64,000 nt of DNA from Polyangiaceae bacterium (GTDB lineage: Bacteria > Myxococcota_A > Polyangia > Polyangiales > Polyangiaceae): positions 32,001 to 96,000 of the forward strand of contig JAPSGB010000010.1 in NCBI GenBank assembly GCA_035063585.1, read 5' to 3'. This document shows, piece by piece, positions 1 through 10,000 of the stretch; position 1 is the first letter of the stretch, and every line of letters starts with the position of its first letter. Below the pieces are notes generated by a model. The model had not been told where the DNA came from. It was given only the letters and a program-made list of their open reading frames with translations, and did not search any database. The position numbers and the translations under genes were made by a program.

Positions 1-20
1 GGAACCGCGCCGGACCGGCA

Positions 21-572
21 TCATCCCCTCGGAGCCCAGGGGACGTCGGCGACGCCTGCTTCGAAGTTGTCGCGGCGCGCGAGCACGAACAAGAGATCGC
101 TCAGGCGGTTCAAGTAGATGAGGAGCTCGTCGCGGACGGGGGAGCTTCGCCGCGCCGTCCAGAGCAGCCGCTCGGCGCGCCGGCAGACGGTGCGCGCGTG
201 GTGGAGCGCGGCGGCGGCGCTGGTGCCACCCGGGAGCACGAAGTTCTTGAGCGGCGGGAGCCCCTGCTCGGCGGCGTCGATGGCGGCTTCGAGGCGCGCG
301 GCGTCGGCGGCGGTGAGCAGCGGCGAGCCCATTCGCGACTCCTTGCCCGGCACGCACGCCAGTTCGGCGCCGAGCGCGAAGAGGTCGACCTGCACCTCGG
401 CGAGCACGGCCTCCACCGACGCGCACGGACGGTAGGCGCGCGCGAGGCCGAGCGCGGAGTTGGTCTCGTCGACCGTGCCGTAGGCGTCGACGCGCGCATC
501 GTCCTTGTCGACGCGCGCCCCGCCGAAGAGGCCGGTCGTGCCGTCGTCCCCGGTGCGGGTGTAGATCTTCAT
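21..572 (-). CDS. pduO: ATP:cob(I)alamin adenosyltransferase, PduO/MMAB type
   Basis: N-terminal MKIYTRTGDDGTT, YGTVDETNS, NFVLPGG, ARTVCRRAER and YLNRLSDLLFVLAR motifs. Confidence 0.93.
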   Translation of the reverse strand: MKIYTRTGDDGTTGLFGGARVDKDDARVDAYGTVDETNSALGLARAYRPCASVEAVLAEVQVDLFALGAELACVPGKESRMGSPLLTAADAARLEAAIDAAEQGLPPLKNFVLPGGTSAAAALHHARTVCRRAERLLWTARRSSPVRDELLIYLNRLSDLLFVLARRDNFEAGVADVPWAPRG

Positions 573-585
573 CGATCGCGCCGGC

Positions 586-1098
586 TCACGCCGAGAAAAT
601 CTGGTGGATCTCCCCCTCGATCGAGGCCGGCGCCACCTTCTTCGCGAGCGCGAGCTCCTGGATGAGCAGGCTCCGCGCCTGATCGAGCAGGCGCCGCTCG
701 CCGAACGAGAGATCCTTGTCGAACTTCAGGCGGTACATGTCACGAAGGACCTTGGCGATCTCCGCCGGGAGACCGCTCTTCAGCATCTCCGTATAGGCGC
801 GGAAGCGGCGGTTCCAGGGCTGCAGATCGACGGCAACCTCAGGCGCGCGGAGGATGTCGAGGATCTTCTGCGCCTCCCGCTTCTTCATCACCGGCCGGAG
901 CCCCACCCGGGAGACGGCCTCGGTCGGCACCATCACCTTGAGCCCGGTGTCGATGATCTTCAGCACGTAGCAGGCGCTCGGGCGCCCCCCGAGGTCCTTC
1001 TCCTCCAGCCCACAGACCTCGCCTACGCCGTGCGCGGGATGGACCGCCATGTCGCCGGCCTTGAAGCTGTGGTTGGATCCGTTCACCTGCGATTGCAT
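586..1098 (-). CDS. cdnL: CarD/CdnL-family RNA polymerase-binding factor (CdnL type, no AT-hook tail)
   Basis: FKAGDMAVHPAHGVGEV, KVMVP, GLRPV, WNRRFR and LSFGERRLL motifs; ATG at 1098 preceded by GGAGG. Confidence 0.9.
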   Translation of the reverse strand: MQSQVNGSNHSFKAGDMAVHPAHGVGEVCGLEEKDLGGRPSACYVLKIIDTGLKVMVPTEAVSRVGLRPVMKKREAQKILDILRAPEVAVDLQPWNRRFRAYTEMLKSGLPAEIAKVLRDMYRLKFDKDLSFGERRLLDQARSLLIQELALAKKVAPASIEGEIHQIFSA

Positions 1099-1298
1099 TC
1101 CGCCTCCCTGAAGGGCCTTCCGCGGGTTAGCAGACGCCTGCTCGGCTGCTGCGCGTGTCGCGGCTCGTTGGCTGTTTCCCCGTTCGTCCTGACGACTGCC
1201 GCGGTGCAGCACGGGCGAGGACTAGCACCGATGGGTGGCGCCGGTCAATCGCTCCGGAGCCGGCCGACGCACCCGAAGTCATTGAATCTACCAGTAAA

Positions 1299-2315
1299 TC
1301 ACGGATTCGTAGGGGCGGCGCTCGGCGGACCTCGGCCGAGCCATTCGGTGACGTTCGCGCCGACCGCGTCGCGGAGCCCCACGGCGAGCGGGCGCGCGGC
1401 GAGCTCGACCCGGAGCTTCAGCGCGTCCCCGCTCACCGACACGATCGGCGCGGCCACCGGGTGATCGAGCCCCGCGAGGTGACCGAGCGAGCCGCTCGCC
1501 AGATCCTCCCAGGTCTGCAGGAGGCGCGCCGTCGCGTCGGGCCCGGCGCGCGCCCAGTCGCCTGCGAGGTAGAGGGTCACCTCGAGCACGCCATCCGGGC
1601 GTGGCACGACGCCCACGCCGACCGCCAGGGCGAGCCCGAGCAGCCCGTGGGCGCCGTCGAGCCACTCGCGATCGAAGGGCCCGGGCGCGTAGAACACGAA
1701 GGGGGCGCGCGCGAGCTCGGGCGGCAGCGTGGAGAGCGCGGCGCCTTCGAGCGCGGGCTTCGAGCGAGCGAGCTTCCGCCGCGCGAACGCCTCGACCACT
1801 CGCACCGGGGTGGGATCCCCGGTGCTCACGGCGACCAGCAGGCCATCGATGTGGACCATCGCCTCGGGGGTGCGCCCGATGACGCCGGAGACGCGATGGA
1901 TGCGCGGGTCCGGAGAGCGCCGCACGGCGCCCGAGACGATGCGCTCGGCGAAGAGCTCCTCGACGGCCACGCTACGGGAGGGCATCGCGGCGACGTAGAG
2001 CGTGCCGTAGTCGAACCCCGCCACCAACGCCGCGGGCGTCCTGCGCAGGTCCACCCCGGTCGAACGCGCGAAGGCGTCGAGCCGCTCGGACGGCACCAGG
2101 AGCTCCACCGCGCGCGCGAGCGCAGCGTCGGCGGCGAGCTCCTTCGGCTTGCCCACCACCATCCAGCGGAGCCCGGCGGCAGGCACGTAGTCGGTGAGCG
2201 GCCCCTCGTGCAGCGCGGGGAGCGGCGCGCCGGCCGTCGCGGCCGCGGGCCTGCGCGTGGTCGCGCCGCCGCAGGCCGCGAGTACGACGAGCAGCGCCGC
2301 CGCCGCGCGCCTCAA
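1299..2315 (-). CDS. Hypothetical lipoprotein
   Basis: Signal peptide with lipobox (LLVVLAAC-GG); TTG start overlaps the tyrS stop (TTGA). Confidence 0.7.
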   Translation of the reverse strand: MRRAAAALLVVLAACGGATTRRPAAATAGAPLPALHEGPLTDYVPAAGLRWMVVGKPKELAADAALARAVELLVPSERLDAFARSTGVDLRRTPAALVAGFDYGTLYVAAMPSRSVAVEELFAERIVSGAVRRSPDPRIHRVSGVIGRTPEAMVHIDGLLVAVSTGDPTPVRVVEAFARRKLARSKPALEGAALSTLPPELARAPFVFYAPGPFDREWLDGAHGLLGLALAVGVGVVPRPDGVLEVTLYLAGDWARAGPDATARLLQTWEDLASGSLGHLAGLDHPVAAPIVSVSGDALKLRVELAARPLAVGLRDAVGANVTEWLGRGPPSAAPTNP

Positions 2316-3532
2316 GCGCGGACCCGGATGTAACAGAAGCGTCGCTTCTTGGAGCCCACGCGCACCAAGTGCCGCTCGCCGCGCGCGAGCTGGTGCTGCG
2401 GGTCCGTGACGCGCGCGCCGTCGAGCTCCACCCCGCCCTGCTCGACGAGACGCCGCCCCTCGCTCGTGCTCGGGACCAGCCCCGCCTCCTTCAGCGCCTT
2501 CGGGAGCCAGAGCGTGGGGCCGTCCGCCGCGAGCTCGAGCTCGGGCGTGTCTTGCGGGACGCCGCTCGCGAGGTACACGCCCTGGAACTCGCGGCGCGCC
2601 GCCTCGGCCGCGCCCGCGTCGTGGAACCGCGCGACCATCTCGGCGGCGAACGCCGCCTTGGCCGCGAGCGGATCGCGCTCCGCTTCGAGCGCGGTGAGCT
2701 CCGCCGCGCTCCTCGAGGAGAGCAGCTCGTAGAACCGCCAGATCACGGCGTCGTCGATTTGCATGCACTTCCGGTACATGTCGAGCGGCGGCTCGGTGAT
2801 GCCGACGTAGTTGTCCGCCGATTTGCTCATCTTCTTGCCGACGATGCGGCCCTCCTCGAGCCGCGCGTCGAGCCCCTCGAGAATGGGCGTGGTCATCACG
2901 ATTTGCGGCCGCTTGCCGAAGCGCTGCATCAAATCGCGACCGACCATCAGGTTGAAGAGCTGGTCGGTGCCGCCGAGCTCGACGTCCGCGTCGAGCGCCA
3001 CCGAGTCGTAGCCCTGGAGGAGCGGGTAGAGCAGCTCGTGCAGGTAGATGTCGCGCTGCGACTCGAAGCGCTCGCGAAAATCCCGCCGCTCGAGCGTGCG
3101 CGCCACGGTACGCTTGGCGGCGAGCTCGATCAGCTGCTCGAGCGAGAGCTTGCCGAGCCACTCGCTGTTATAGCGAACCAGGGTCTTCTCGCGGTCGAGG
3201 ACCTTGAAGGCTTGCTCCTGATAGGTCGCCGCCGCGGACATCACCTGCTCGCGTGTGAGGCGCGGGCGCAGCTCGTTCTGGCCGGTGGGATCGCCGAGGA
3301 GCGCGGTGCTGTCCCCGATGAGGAAGATGACGTGGTGCCCGAGCTCCTGGAATTGACGCATCTTCTGCATCAAGACCGTGTGCCCGAGGTGCAGGTCGGG
3401 CCGCGTCGGGTCGAAGCCCGCCTTCACGCGGAGCGGTCGCCCGGTCGCGAGCCGCGCCTCGAGCTCGTCGCGTTGGTGGAGATCGACGACCCCGCGGGTC
3501 AGCTCCGCGAGCTGTTCACTGGCGCGTGACAC
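2312..3532 (-). CDS. tyrS: Tyrosine--tRNA ligase
   Basis: GFDPT, HLGH, YPLLQGYD, GGTDQLFN and KMSKS motifs; C-terminal S4 domain. Confidence 0.97.
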   Translation of the reverse strand: MSRASEQLAELTRGVVDLHQRDELEARLATGRPLRVKAGFDPTRPDLHLGHTVLMQKMRQFQELGHHVIFLIGDSTALLGDPTGQNELRPRLTREQVMSAAATYQEQAFKVLDREKTLVRYNSEWLGKLSLEQLIELAAKRTVARTLERRDFRERFESQRDIYLHELLYPLLQGYDSVALDADVELGGTDQLFNLMVGRDLMQRFGKRPQIVMTTPILEGLDARLEEGRIVGKKMSKSADNYVGITEPPLDMYRKCMQIDDAVIWRFYELLSSRSAAELTALEAERDPLAAKAAFAAEMVARFHDAGAAEAARREFQGVYLASGVPQDTPELELAADGPTLWLPKALKEAGLVPSTSEGRRLVEQGGVELDGARVTDPQHQLARGERHLVRVGSKKRRFCYIRVRA

Positions 3533-3573
3533 GACCGCCTGCTCCTCTCAATCCCAGCGCCGCGTCGTCGAGC

Positions 3574-3897
<324 letters not shown>

Positions 3898-3919
3898 CCC
3901 TCGCTCCGTGTCCGCCCCG

Positions 3920-3949
3920 ATCATTTCCCCGTAAGGCGTGAATTGTCAA
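3920..3949 (-). promoter_or_regulatory. Putative sigma70 promoter of the IHF/HU gene
   Basis: Perfect TTGACA (3949-3944), 18-nt spacer, AATGAT (3925-3920), just upstream of the ATG. Confidence 0.5.
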
Positions 3950-4054
3950 CGCTTTTTGGGGAACGCACGGGCCCCCCGCGGGAGCGCCGCCCGGCGGTTC
4001 CGCGCCGCAGCGGCAATCCTTGGAAAACAGCAAATATGTAGTGATATCATAATC

Positions 4055-6067
4055 TTATGGTTTCGGGTCGCGGCCGGCGGCGAGGGTCGCCTCCACGCGA
4101 TCGAGGAGCACGGCGCCCCCGCGCCAGTCGACCTCGAGCCGCTGAGAGCCCTGGGCGAGGTCCGCGACGAGCGGCGGAGTCTCGCTGCAGGCTCCGGCCG
4201 AGACGCTCACGGAGCCGGTCCAGCGCCTCCCGCCCGCGGAGAGCGTGAGCTCGCCGCCGATCGGCGCGTCGAGCGGGGCGACGAACGCGCGGAGCTCATA
4301 CCGGCCGCTCCGCGGCGCGTAGAGCTCGAGGGCCACGCGCGCGCGTCCTCGAACGGGGTGGAGCCCGAGCCCGCGCCCGCGCGAGACCGAGCTCGCCGCG
4401 CTGTAGCTGGGGTAGGCGGAGCCCGCCGTGACCGCGAGCGCCGGCCACTCGGCTTCGCTCTCGAACACGAGCGGCGCGGAGCGCGTGAGGGGCGGCGGTA
4501 GGTACGGCTCGATGCTGGGCGTCGCGCGCGACGCGCTCGGGTCGTAGCGGTAGAGGTAGCTCGGCGGACGACCGAGCGAGTCCCAGAGCGCGGCGTCGCG
4601 AGCGTCGTGGCGCGCGCGCGCCACGACCAGCGCGCGCGTGGCGTCGTGCGCGCCCGGCGCGTGCCCGAGGTTGAAGCCGTGATCGGTCTCGACGAACACC
4701 AGGCCGTGCGCGATCCCTCGGGCCGCGAGCGCGCCCGGCTCGAACATGGGCCGGCCTCCTTCTCGCTCGGCGAGCGCGCGGTGCTCGTAGCTGGCGCGGA
4801 GGGCGAAGCCCGCGAGGAGCAGCGGCGCGGTGAACCGCGCGGCGCGAAAGCGAAACATCGCCCACGCGATGAGCGCGTGCTCGAAGGGCAGCGCGTCCGC
4901 GAAGAAGCGCGCGCCGCCGCCGGGGTAGTCGCCGTCGAAATAGAACGGTGCGTAAGCGAGCACGAGCCCGACGACGACGACCGCGGCCCACCGGAGCCTC
5001 GCGACCCGCGCGCTCAGCAAGAGCCCAGCGATGAGCGGCAGCGCGAAGAGCTCGCTGTTACCGGCGTCGATGAGGTGGTGGAAGAGCCGCCGGCCGGTGG
5101 TGCCGGCCGCGGCCGCGAAGTCGTACCCGTCGCGGAGCCGCGCGCGCACGAAATCGCCGTGCTCGTAGAGGCACCCGATCCCGGCGCCGAGCCCGTAGCG
5201 GAAGCAGCCGGGGGGGCCGTCGGACACGGAGTAGTACGCGCGCTGCGTCGAGCCCAGCCACGCGCCGGTGGCGGCGTGCTGATGGAGCGCGAGGAGCGCG
5301 AGGCCGGGCGCGAGCGCGGCCGTGAAGGCGAGGAGCGAGCGGCGCTCGGCGCGCAGGATGGCGAGCGCGACCCCGACACCGATCGCGCCGGTTACCGGGC
5401 GAGTGGCGATGAGCCAGCCCGCGGCGAGCCCCGCGAGCAGCGCCGCGCGGATGCCGGACTGGAGGGCGGCGGTGACGAGCGCCGCGAAGAGGAGCGCGGC
5501 GAGCCCGTGAGACATGGTGTCGGCGGTGTGATAGCGGAGCGCCGCGGAGAGCGCCGACAGGAGCGCGGCGAGGAGCGCGACGTCCCGGCGTCCGGTGAGC
5601 GCCTTCGTGAGGAGGAACGTCATCGCCACGAGCAGCGCGGCGAGCAGCGGTCCCACCGCGAGCGGAGCGCGCCCGAGAAAGCCGAGCGCGAGGAGCGCCG
5701 GATATCCCGGCGGAAATATCACCGCGAGCCGCTCCCCGCCGGGCGTGGAGAGCAGAAACCGCCCGCGAAAGCTCGCGGTCGGCGCGGGCGTCGAGAAGGT
5801 GAGCTCGCCGCGCGAGAGCGCGCGGCCCTCGAGGAAATAGCTGGTCGCGTCGATGATCCGCGGTCCGCCCCGGAGATAGAACGCGACGTAGCCAGCCGAC
5901 AGGAGCGCGGCCGCGAGCGCGAGCAGCGTGACGAGCGCGGGCGCGGGGATCCGCGCGACGAGCCTCGCGAGCGCGCGGCGCTTCGCGAGCGCCGCGGCGA
6001 GCGCGAGCGCCGCCGCCCCGAGCGCCGACCACGCGACCGCGTCAGGGGGGAGGCCGAGATGAGTCAC
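4055..6067 (-). CDS. Polytopic membrane protein, probable GT-C (ArnT/PMT-like) glycosyltransferase with C-terminal soluble domain
   Basis: Many TM segments; acidic first loop IIDATSY; FPPGYPALLA, ATRP and GGARFF motifs typical of GT-C proteins. Confidence 0.6.
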   Translation of the reverse strand: MTHLGLPPDAVAWSALGAAALALAAALAKRRALARLVARIPAPALVTLLALAAALLSAGYVAFYLRGGPRIIDATSYFLEGRALSRGELTFSTPAPTASFRGRFLLSTPGGERLAVIFPPGYPALLALGFLGRAPLAVGPLLAALLVAMTFLLTKALTGRRDVALLAALLSALSAALRYHTADTMSHGLAALLFAALVTAALQSGIRAALLAGLAAGWLIATRPVTGAIGVGVALAILRAERRSLLAFTAALAPGLALLALHQHAATGAWLGSTQRAYYSVSDGPPGCFRYGLGAGIGCLYEHGDFVRARLRDGYDFAAAAGTTGRRLFHHLIDAGNSELFALPLIAGLLLSARVARLRWAAVVVVGLVLAYAPFYFDGDYPGGGARFFADALPFEHALIAWAMFRFRAARFTAPLLLAGFALRASYEHRALAEREGGRPMFEPGALAARGIAHGLVFVETDHGFNLGHAPGAHDATRALVVARARHDARDAALWDSLGRPPSYLYRYDPSASRATPSIEPYLPPPLTRSAPLVFESEAEWPALAVTAGSAYPSYSAASSVSRGRGLGLHPVRGRARVALELYAPRSGRYELRAFVAPLDAPIGGELTLSAGGRRWTGSVSVSAGACSETPPLVADLAQGSQRLEVDWRGGAVLLDRVEATLAAGRDPKP

Positions 6068-6070
6068 GAG

Positions 6071-8254
6071 CTATCGCGCCTGCGTCGCCCAGACGTGATA
6101 GACGATGGTCTCGCCGCGGGTCGGGACGAGGCGGAGTCGCATCGACTCGCCCACGCGCGCGGCCGGGATGGTCAAGGCGGGCTCGAGCCAGGTGTCGCCG
6201 GCCGGAAACTCGATGACGCCGGCGCGCCACCCGTCGACCTCGAGCGCGATGGCGCCGGCTTCGGGCGGCGCGATGCGCACCGCCAGCCGCGCCGCGCGAC
6301 CCGGCTCGAAGCCGCGGAGCACGAACTCCTGCGCCACTCCGGGGTTCACGACGCGCCCGGCGTCCCAGAGCGTGCGATCGGGCTGGGTCGGGTGAGCGAG
6401 GAGCTTCATGTCGACGAAGCCCACGTTCCGCGCCGAGAGGCGATAGTCATGCGCCCTCTCGTCGACGATGTCGGCCACGTCGAGCGCGTCCACCACGTGC
6501 TCGCCGGGCGCGAGCGCGAGGGGCTCGCCGCTCAGGTCGAAGGGGCTCCAGTCCGGGCGATAGATGACCTGCGCCGCCCCGCCGCAGATCACGTTCCCGC
6601 GTACCGGGACCTCGCCGACGCGGTTGCCGAACCACAGGACCAAGAGCGGCCACCACGACGGGTAGGTCGCGATCACGTCGGGGCGCTTCGACGGCGGCAT
6701 CCGCTCGATGAGTTCGAGCGCCGCGCCCAGCCCCTGCGGCGTCGCGCGCGCGAACGGCAGCTTCTCGTAGCCGCCGAGCCCGATGAGGTCGAGCGAGGGG
6801 AGATCCGAGGCGTAGAGGATGGCGCCGGCGTCGCTCAAGAGCACCCGCCGCGGCGTTGGGTGCAGCGAGTAGCGGAGCTCCCACCCGGTGCGGATGTGCT
6901 GCTCGAGGATGTTCCGTGAGGCGCGCCCGAAGAACCACAGCTGGTCACGGAAGCGGGGGCGTTGGTGGATGGCGAAGAACGTGAGCGACCCCATCGCGAC
7001 GAGCGCGCCCGCGACGTGGACCGAGCGGCGCCGCTCGGCCCAGCGCCACGCGCCCGCGAGCAACGCGGCGGCGCCGAGCGCCGCTGCGAGGAGCAACCAC
7101 GCGACCGCCGGCATCGTGTAGCGCTCGTTCTGCCAGCGGACCTGGCCGTTCAAGGCAGTGAGCAGCACCCACACGACCGCGCTCGCCCAGAGGAGCGCCG
7201 CGTATCGACGGGTGCGCGCCGGCACCAGCGCGAAGAGTCCGAGCGCCCAGATGAACCAGCCGGTCACCGGCCCGTCCGAGAAGTGATACTGGGTGATCCG
7301 GAGCACCTGATACCCGACGAAGAACTTCCAGGCCTCCCACACCTCACGGGCGCTCAGGTACGGGTGGTAGAGCTCGAGCTTCACCAGCGCGCCGGCCGCG
7401 GTCGAGTCGCCGGTGAGCACGCGGTTGGCGAGCGCGTGGCCGACCACGACGAGCGCGCCGGGGAGGGCCGTCCCGAGGAGCGTCCAGGCCGCCGCCCGCC
7501 GACCTGCTCGGCGCCACATCGCGGCTGCCGCCGAGGAGGAGAGGAGCGCGACGATGAGCGCCGCCTCCGGGCGGGTCGCGACGACCAGCGCCGACCACGC
7601 GCCGAGCAGGAGCGCGCGGGTGCGCGTCGAGGCGCCGGGCTCGCGCGGCTTGATGAGCTCGTCCCACGCGGCCAGCGCGCCGCCCCAGACCCCAAGGAAG
7701 AAGGCCACCTCCATGCCGCTGAAGAGCGACCAGTCGAGCGCACCCACCGAGAGGAGCACGGGCGGAGCGAGGTAGCTCGTCCAGCGAGGCAGCCCGGAGA
7801 AGAGCCGGCGGCTCACGAGCAAGAGCCCGAACACGCTGACGCACGCGACGAGCCCGGCCCACAACATCAGGGTGAGCTCGCGAAAGCCGATCCAGTAACC
7901 GAACGCGAGCACGAACGGATAGAGCAAGCTCGTGCCGCCGCTCGAGTAGCCGTTGCCCTCCGACCACTGAAAGGGGTGACCGCGCGCTATGGAGCGGGCG
8001 AAGTCGAAGTGGATGAAGACGTCATCGAGCGGCGCCGACCAGGGCCCGGGCTGCCCGAGCCGCTCCGCGAAGTTCTTGGCGTCGATGACCGTGTAGAGGG
8101 TCTGCAGTCGAAGCGACGAGTAGAAGAGGCGAGCGACCCAGAGCGTGCATGCCGCCGCGAAGAGCGCGTAGAGCACGGGCTCGAGCCGCGAGCGCGGGCG
8201 GCTGGCCGCGGCGGACCGCGCCGGGAGGTCGCGCTCGGCGTCGCTCGTGCCCAT
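6071..8254 (-). CDS. Polytopic membrane protein, probable GT-C (AftB-like) glycosyltransferase
   Basis: LDDVFIHFDFARSIARGH...GGTSLLY, SGME, TRPEA and ERY motifs; alternative GTG start at 8293. Confidence 0.62.
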   Translation of the reverse strand: MGTSDAERDLPARSAAASRPRSRLEPVLYALFAAACTLWVARLFYSSLRLQTLYTVIDAKNFAERLGQPGPWSAPLDDVFIHFDFARSIARGHPFQWSEGNGYSSGGTSLLYPFVLAFGYWIGFRELTLMLWAGLVACVSVFGLLLVSRRLFSGLPRWTSYLAPPVLLSVGALDWSLFSGMEVAFFLGVWGGALAAWDELIKPREPGASTRTRALLLGAWSALVVATRPEAALIVALLSSSAAAAMWRRAGRRAAAWTLLGTALPGALVVVGHALANRVLTGDSTAAGALVKLELYHPYLSAREVWEAWKFFVGYQVLRITQYHFSDGPVTGWFIWALGLFALVPARTRRYAALLWASAVVWVLLTALNGQVRWQNERYTMPAVAWLLLAAALGAAALLAGAWRWAERRRSVHVAGALVAMGSLTFFAIHQRPRFRDQLWFFGRASRNILEQHIRTGWELRYSLHPTPRRVLLSDAGAILYASDLPSLDLIGLGGYEKLPFARATPQGLGAALELIERMPPSKRPDVIATYPSWWPLLVLWFGNRVGEVPVRGNVICGGAAQVIYRPDWSPFDLSGEPLALAPGEHVVDALDVADIVDERAHDYRLSARNVGFVDMKLLAHPTQPDRTLWDAGRVVNPGVAQEFVLRGFEPGRAARLAVRIAPPEAGAIALEVDGWRAGVIEFPAGDTWLEPALTIPAARVGESMRLRLVPTRGETIVYHVWATQAR

Positions 8255-8434
8255 GAGTGCGGCCGATCTATCACGGCCGGGCGGCTCCACCACGCCGGGT
8301 CCCCGGGAGCCGCGCGCAGCCCGTCGAGAAATCTCGCGGCGCCGCGAGCTCCGGGTCGGAAATGGGCCTTGCCGGGAGGGCGAGTCGGCGCTCTACTACG
8401 CGCCCGCGTCACGCTTGGAGCCCCCATCAAGACA

Positions 8435-9913
8435 ATGCGCTGGTTCGTCGAGGTGTCCCGCGTCGGTGGCGACGACGGCGCACAGAAATTTTGCGTCGAG
8501 GCGAAGCAGTGGCAGGCGGCGCTGCAGGAGGCCCGTAGGCTCCGCGGCGAGAGCGGGCCGCTCTCGAAGTTCTCGATCGAGATGATGGACTCCGGGTATC
8601 GCGCGGTCGATCCGGCGAGCAAGGTCCGCTACGTGGTCAGCAAGGCGCCGGCGGACGCCCCGCTCGCGGGCCCCGACACGAAGGCGACGAGGTCGCCGGA
8701 GAGCGCCCCGCCCACCGAGGTCGCCTCGACGGTCGTAGGCGAGCCCCCCGCCTCCGCCTCGTCGAAGCGCAAGGTCGTCACGGTGCCCCCTGACGAGGTC
8801 CCGCGGGTAAAATCCGTGCCGCCCCCGGCGGACACGACGAAGTCTGCCGAGTCGCACTCGACGCAGCGGAGCATGCAGGCGACGCGCGCGCCCGAGTTCG
8901 AGATCGTGCGCGAGCGGGCAGAAGAGCCGCGCCCGGACACGCCGATCATTTACCGAGAGGTCGCCTACGCGGTTGCGGCGAGCACTAGCCTCGACCAGGC
9001 GCGGCTCCTCTTGTGGACCCGCTTCGAGGAGCTGAAGGCGCAGCTCGCCTCACGGCCGGCCGGGAAGTTCTTCCAACTGGCGGTGTTCGACCACGTCTTT
9101 CGAGAACGGCCAGCGCGTCCGCCGCTCGCGACCCTTGCCTGGAAGGACTGGCGCGGAGAGCCGGTGGTGCGGCTCTTCGACGGCGCCGCGCAGTCCGCGC
9201 CGAAGCCCGAGCAGGCGGAGCCGGCCGCGCCGAAGCCCGAGCGGGCCGAGTCGAAGCCCGAGCCGAAGCCCGAGCAGGCCGCGCAGGCCGCGCCGAAGCC
9301 CGAGCCGGCCGCGCCGAAGCCCAAGCAGGCCGAGAAGGCCGGGGCGCGAAAGCCATCGCCCGATCCCGTCGCCACGCGGCGTCGCGGAGAGGACCTCATC
9401 GGCGAGCTGTTCGAGATCCTGCACGAGCTCCACTTCCTGCCCGACGTGATGTCCGGCGCGGATTTCGTGGTGGGCGTGTTGAAGCAGGCGCTGCCGTGCG
9501 AGGCGCTCATCCTCCACCTGTTCGACATCAACAATAATCAGTTCGTGGTGGTGCGCGCCCTCGCGCCCGCGGCGGACGAGCTCATCCTCGAGCGTACGCC
9601 AGACCGCGAGCCGTTCGTGAACAAGGTCATGCGGAAGATGCGCTCGATGCGCTTCGACTCGGCGAAGAACGAGCCCGGGTTCACCGGTGGTCGCTGGGCG
9701 CGAAGCGGCGTGAAGGTGGAGAGCGCGCTCGCTGCTCCGATCCATCAGACCGGTCGCTATCTCGGTCTGGTCGAGCTGGTGAACCCCGAGGGCGGTGGGC
9801 CGTTCATGGATTCGGAGGCCAACGCGCTCGACTACATCTGCGAGCAGTTCGCGGAATTCCTCGCTGCTCGCCCGATCGTGCTCGACGCCGAGGTAGTGAC
9901 GGCCAAGCGCTGA
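8435..9913 (+). CDS. Multidomain protein with C-terminal GAF domain and Pro/Ala/Lys/Glu linkers
   Basis: C-terminal SALAAPI..GRYLGLVELVN..F...EANAL pattern of GAF domains; ATG at 8435. Confidence 0.7.
   Translation: MRWFVEVSRVGGDDGAQKFCVEAKQWQAALQEARRLRGESGPLSKFSIEMMDSGYRAVDPASKVRYVVSKAPADAPLAGPDTKATRSPESAPPTEVASTVVGEPPASASSKRKVVTVPPDEVPRVKSVPPPADTTKSAESHSTQRSMQATRAPEFEIVRERAEEPRPDTPIIYREVAYAVAASTSLDQARLLLWTRFEELKAQLASRPAGKFFQLAVFDHVFRERPARPPLATLAWKDWRGEPVVRLFDGAAQSAPKPEQAEPAAPKPERAESKPEPKPEQAAQAAPKPEPAAPKPKQAEKAGARKPSPDPVATRRRGEDLIGELFEILHELHFLPDVMSGADFVVGVLKQALPCEALILHLFDINNNQFVVVRALAPAADELILERTPDREPFVNKVMRKMRSMRFDSAKNEPGFTGGRWARSGVKVESALAAPIHQTGRYLGLVELVNPEGGGPFMDSEANALDYICEQFAEFLAARPIVLDAEVVTAKR
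9196..9330 (+). repeat. Imperfect coding repeats (APKPEQA/APKPE)
   Basis: Recurrent gcgccgaagcccgag units inside the GAF-protein linker. Confidence 0.6.
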
Positions 9914-10000
9914 CGCGCGCGCTATGCTGGGCGGCGTGGCGCGCCGTGGTAAGATCGCAGCTCGGGCCGATTCCGAGGGAGAGGGTCGGTAGGTGCGTTC

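Noticed and set aside
586..1212. Myxococcus-type CarD, and the longer 208-aa ORF
   Set aside because: No AT-hook/HMGA tail, so it is CdnL type. The RBS supports the ATG at 1098.
1099..1298. Cobalamin riboswitch upstream of cdnL-pduO
   Set aside because: I could not find the B12-box or the GCCACTG / CCCGC-ACTGT core elements; only generic hairpins are present.
4607..6919. Long antisense or alternate-frame ORFs (e.g. 4607-6919, 15709-17319, 29317-30717, 31399-32859, 48144-49676, 58563-60608)
   Set aside because: Shadow ORFs expected at very high GC; they overlap motif-supported genes and have no recognisable motifs.
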